Assembly (NCBI RefSeq): GCF_001194135.2
Contig: NC_068993.1
Span: 32,703,415-32,767,414 of the forward strand
DNA from: Octopus bimaculoides
Lineage: Eukaryota
DNA length: 64,000 nucleotides
Direction: 5' to 3'
Part shown: positions 59,641 through 64,000 of the stretch, piece by piece
Layout: each line of letters begins with the position of its first letter
Numbering within the stretch: position 1 is the first letter of the stretch
Notes under the pieces: model-generated
The model's database searches: none
Seen by the model: only the letters and a program-made list of their open reading frames with translations
Told to the model about the DNA's origin: nothing
Translations under genes and position numbers: made by a program

Positions 59641-60276
59641 TTTCCTTTTCTTTTATTTCACATTCATGTTGAATATGCAGCAATCTTATGTTCTCTTCAT
59701 AGAACACTTATAATGTATGTATTACCAGTTCTTTTGGCATAGTAGATTTTTGCTATTCTTGTTTATGTTTCCTCACAGACATGTATATTCTAACAAGCCG
59801 CTTCTTAAATTTCGCACCTCTCTTGTTCAATAAACATTGAATTAAACTTGCAAAGCTGTTTATTTTCTCCTTTTGATTTTTAATGTTTATTTCAGCGAGT
59901 AACCAAACTATCAGTTTGGTCTCCCTGCTAAAAATTGGTGACCCCGTCTCAAGAACTTTCTGCTTTTGTCTGAAGAATCTTCTACCTTCAAATTTTTGCA
60001 GGAGATACAGCATTTAACTCTTGTTTTGGTGTAGAAATATTTTCTTCACACTCTTGTCTCATACAAAGGGAATTTCAACTTGTTTAATGCTATACCCAGC
60101 TTTTCTTATGTTTAAGCGGCTTATATAACTAGTGGCTTGTTGGTATCTCTCCGCCCGAGAATTTTTGAATACCAATCAGTTATTTTAACACAGCATGTCA
60201 TCTCTACCAGTTTGGCACCTGAATCCACTTTCTTTCCCGTGTTAACCATCATTTTTGCTACAAATTTCCAGCAGTA

Positions 60277-60870
60277 TGAATCCGTCGACCATACCAGTTT
60301 TTAATAGCGATAAGATATTCTGCTGATTTCCTAAACTGGACTATAGAAGAACTAAGAAGCATAGATTGTAAAACCAGAAAGACAATGTCCATATACAAGT
60401 TACCACATCTCAGAGACAGTGCCAATAGGTTATACCTACAATGGAAAGAGATGGGGAGAGGTCTGAAATCAATAGAAGATTGAGTAAAGATGGCAAAATG
60501 AGATATACAAGAGTATGTGAGAAGCAACCCTGAAAGATTGATTTCAGCTGCCAGAGAAGAGGAGAAAGAAGTTGTGGGACAGCAACAGAATACAAGAAAA
60601 GAAGAGAACAGGAGTGAGAAAGAAATACCTGGGGAAAAGAACTACACGGTTAGCATCTCAGACAAATACAGGACATCACAACATACAAGTCTTGGCTATG
60701 GCTGAAGAATGGAGATCTTAAGAAAGAAACAAGACTCATAATGGCTGCTCAAAGCCATTCATTTCAGACGAATATCATTAAGGCCAAAATAGATAAATCC
60801 GTGAAAAGTGCCAAGTGCAGAGTTTGTAATGAGAAAGGGGAATCTATTATGCACATAATAAGTCCCCGAA
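60277..60870 (+). mobile_element. Degraded Dong/R4 fragment
   Basis: DRLYL...GRGL.S.ED, LHG-like, MAAQ...TNIIKAKID...CRVC...E...HIIS. Confidence 0.7.
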
Positions 60871-62520
60871 GTTAGCTCCATTCAATTTCAACCCTTTGGG
60901 ATCTGAAATGGCTTTTCATTTTCAAACCAACAATATTTGAAACAAATCATGGCATCAAATTCTTTGACAAACAATGAGATAAAAGAAAGAGAAAATTTTG
61001 ATACAGTTTTCACATTGTTGGCTCAAACCAGCACCACCATAACTGTCACAGCCAGTGCCAACTGAAACAATGACAAAACCAACAACAGTGATGACAAGGC
61101 AAATGAGGAAGAAAATGAAATCAATAAGAACCTCTATGTAAACAACAAACATGAAAATGACATAAAAATTTTAAACTGTCTGACCAACACACCATCATTT
61201 TCCACTTCTACTGCTGCCACCACAAGAAAGAAGATGCAACAGACAATTCACCCATCACTGCCTTTACTAAAATTTCCATCAAATGCATGAAGAAATTACT
61301 ATCTAGGTGGACAGGTTAAAAAAGGCAAAACACATGTTGATGGAACAAGGAAGACATAAATTTAACTATCCCATTCTCCATCCAACAGGAGACAAAGTCA
61401 AAAACAATTACTTATAGAACAATTAGTATGAAAACAAAGACATTAGAACAAGCAACATAAAAAGGTAGAGAAAATGTCTAAAACTAAGCTAGGTATTAAA
61501 TGTTGTGTCGCCAGGGAAAGAAAGTATAGTATGGTAGAAGTTAGATTCCCTGCTGAAAGAGGCAATAAAACACTCAATGACAATGCTGAAAAGTGAAGAA
61601 CAGGTGACCATGCCAGTCTATCTTGACCAAAGAGTTGTCAAAATCAAAAGAGTTGACATCCTCCCAAAAATCACCATGTGTTAGTTGGTGGCAGCAGTTC
61701 TCTTTGATACATAACAGAAAACCAGAATTCTGCAAATGCAGAGGCTGCAGAAACAGAACTGGTCAGGTCAAGACTTAGAAATGCTCATTCAGGCTGATAA
61801 TCAGGTCATGGAAATAGTACTAGACCTAATCAATCTACCAGATACTCACAACAATATATGGCCAATGAAGGTAGAAAGCTGAGGAGTAACTTGTGTGGTG
61901 ACACAAGGTACCTTAAGGTTTTTTGCCCAAAATAAAAAAGAAAGAAACATGTTCACTACTTCTGCCATCACCACCATCACAGCAGCAACAACACAAAGAA
62001 AATCAGGAGCAATATCAATGGCAGAATGCTGCTACAACAACAGAAACAGCAACATTAACTGAAAGCCCACCACCCACCCACCCACTCAATAATAACAACA
62101 AAGCAGAAAGCAATGACCTCCAAGACATTCCCCCCACCCCACCAAATACGACCCCATGTAGTGTGGTGAAAGTGATGAGGAAGAATAGCAACAGATAATG
62201 AACAAAAAAACACAAACATGCCAACAAAAAAAGCAGGCAGACCCAACAGACAGAACTTCTCAACAGCAACATACCAACACCACCACCAACACTTCCAACA
62301 CCATCATCACCATAGACACAGCCACCAGCACAAAGACTAGCAAATACAATCATGCCCACAAATCAAAAACAACAACAAAAGTGTCACAAATTTCACTGCC
62401 ATAAACACAACAAAGCACTAAAGGAACACATACACAATCACTCAGGCATCACTCAGAGCAATTTCATCGCATCAACAAACAATACACTAACATACATAAA
62501 AATCATACAAATAACACATA

Positions 62521-63270
62521 CAAGGGGGTACTGAAAAGTTCCTGGTATCGCAAAAGGTAGAACTGTTACCTTTACAGGGGAGTACGACAACTATTTAGGA
62601 AAAGATAACTATTTAGGAAAAGATAAGCAAAAAATCACAATGGTATACAATATATCTTTCTCTTTTTTGCAGATTTAACACATGATGGTAGCTCCTACAG
62701 TGGATTTTGGTAAAATTGAAGCATGTGCAGTCATGAAGTTTCTTGTGAGGCAAAGGAGCAGCAGAAATCCATGGCATGATAAAAGAGGTCTTGAAGGATG
62801 GCTGCTCATCTTACTCCACAGTGAAAATCTGGGTGTCAAGATATCGGACTGGTCATTTTGAAGTCATAGATGAACCTCAGTCAGGACAGCCAACTTCCAT
62901 GACCACAGAAGACAAAGCTAATGCTGTGCACATCATGATTCTTGAGGAGTGCCGGATTTCAGTTAAAGTCATAGCTGAGACTCTGGGGATTTTCCGCGAA
63001 AGAGTTGACCACATTGTCCACAACATTGTGGACCTGAGAAAGCTTTCTGCAAAATGGGTGCCAAAATGCCTGAATGCAGATCAGAAGTGCATCACAGTGA
63101 CAACAACAAGGGCGATTTTGGACCAGTTTGCAGAATGAGAGGCTGATTTTATGGCTCGTTTAGTCACCATGGATGAAACTTGACTTCATCATCCTGATCC
63201 CCAGATCAAGCAACAATCAATGGAATGGTGCCACAGTGGTTCACTGCATCCCAAGAAGTTTCGGATCTAG
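62521..63270 (+). mobile_element. Mariner 5' fragment
   Basis: TA|CAAGGGGGTACTGAAAAGTTCCTGG TIR; SGQPTS, LSAKWVPKCL, VTMDET motifs; truncated. Confidence 0.82.
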
Positions 63271-63485
63271 AAACCTCTTGTACACCTTCATATAACACCA
63301 TAAAAAACAAGTGCCTGATGGAGTAGAGAATTTCAGAAAAAACATTAACAAGACTTTATAAAGAACCGTTCATGGAAACACTCACATCTAACCAGAGGGA
63401 CAGAACATCTATCTCCCCTCCCTCATAAGATCACTCTCTAAGTAGCTCTATCCTCTGTTCTTCTTTCCTACTGTTTAACACGGCC

Positions 63486-63850
63486 ATGTTCAGAATAGGA
63501 AGTATGAAATCATGTAACCTGGCAGTCACCTTGGTAACAGGGCCACCTACTCAATGACCTCAGGTTAGTGGGCATAAATGTTGTGGCTGTCAGTGAGATC
63601 AGACTTTACAATCAAGCTTTCATGCTCATTTTCAGTGGATATGAGATTTACTTATATCCATGTCAACCAGGAATGGTGGGTGGGACTGCAATATTGTTCT
63701 GGAAGGGTCTGAATATCAAGATAAGGACCATCTTCCTGGATCCAGAGAGTAAGTCGGTGGTCCTGGATGCGAACAGTAATGACTGGGATGCTTTCAGACT
63801 AGTGGCTGTTTACGTTCTGACAGAGGTAGGACAACTGGATTGATTTCTTC
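63486..63850 (+). mobile_element. Tx1/L1-like ORF2 apurinic endonuclease fragment
   Basis: MFRIGS.N-like start, VVAVSE.RL, GGTAIL, FRLVAVY motifs of LINE endonucleases. Confidence 0.65.
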
Positions 63851-63858
63851 AGACAATG

Positions 63859-64000
63859 TGGCTATAAAAGTTTTGATAAAACTATAAATCATCTCTTTTA
63901 CATGGATGATTTAAAGCTCTTTGTAAAAAATGACCAGAAACTACAGGGCTTACTAGCAATTGTAAAACAGTTTAGTGATGACATCAGAATGGAATTTGGC
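63859..64000 (+). mobile_element. Dong/R4 RT fragment (runs off the right edge)
   Basis: INHLFYMDDLKLF...FSDDIRMEFG. Confidence 0.78.

Noticed and set aside
61440-62520. Gene in the CA-rich region
   Set aside because: Fragmented, low-complexity frames; probably decayed LINE ORF1 or UTR, but not supportable as a call.

Overview
Eukaryotic genomic DNA, AT-rich and repeat-dense, with three assembly gaps. It is most likely a coleoid cephalopod (Octopus-like); this is inferred from the SINE, RTE, Dong-R4 and Penelope repeat content and was not verified by search. Two protein-coding genes lie head-to-head. TAF1 (TFIID subunit 1) is on the minus strand, with five N-terminal coding exons at 9263 down to 24, and continues off the left edge. 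LIAS (mitochondrial lipoyl synthase) is complete on the plus strand: three coding exons, 17356-35105, 360 aa. The rest is mostly transposon-derived: tRNA-derived SINEs, RTE, Dong/R4 and Tx1/L1-like LINEs, a full-length Hsmar1-like mariner, a Tigger, Helitron/Helentron-type elements, Gypsy elements and Penelope-like elements. The most unusual observations are: (1) minimal type I hammerhead-ribozyme motifs, including a 449-bp fold-back carrying one hammerhead on each strand; (2) a non-coding LTR element with reiterated tRNA-Trp primer-binding sites, TG...TA ends and a terminal hairpin, inside a triple nest; (3) (TAA)n microsatellites acting as shared, strand-polarised insertion sites, two of them abutting TAF1 splice acceptors; (4) a probable TAF1/LIAS bidirectional promoter. 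Family names and homologies come from recalled motifs, not from database searches.
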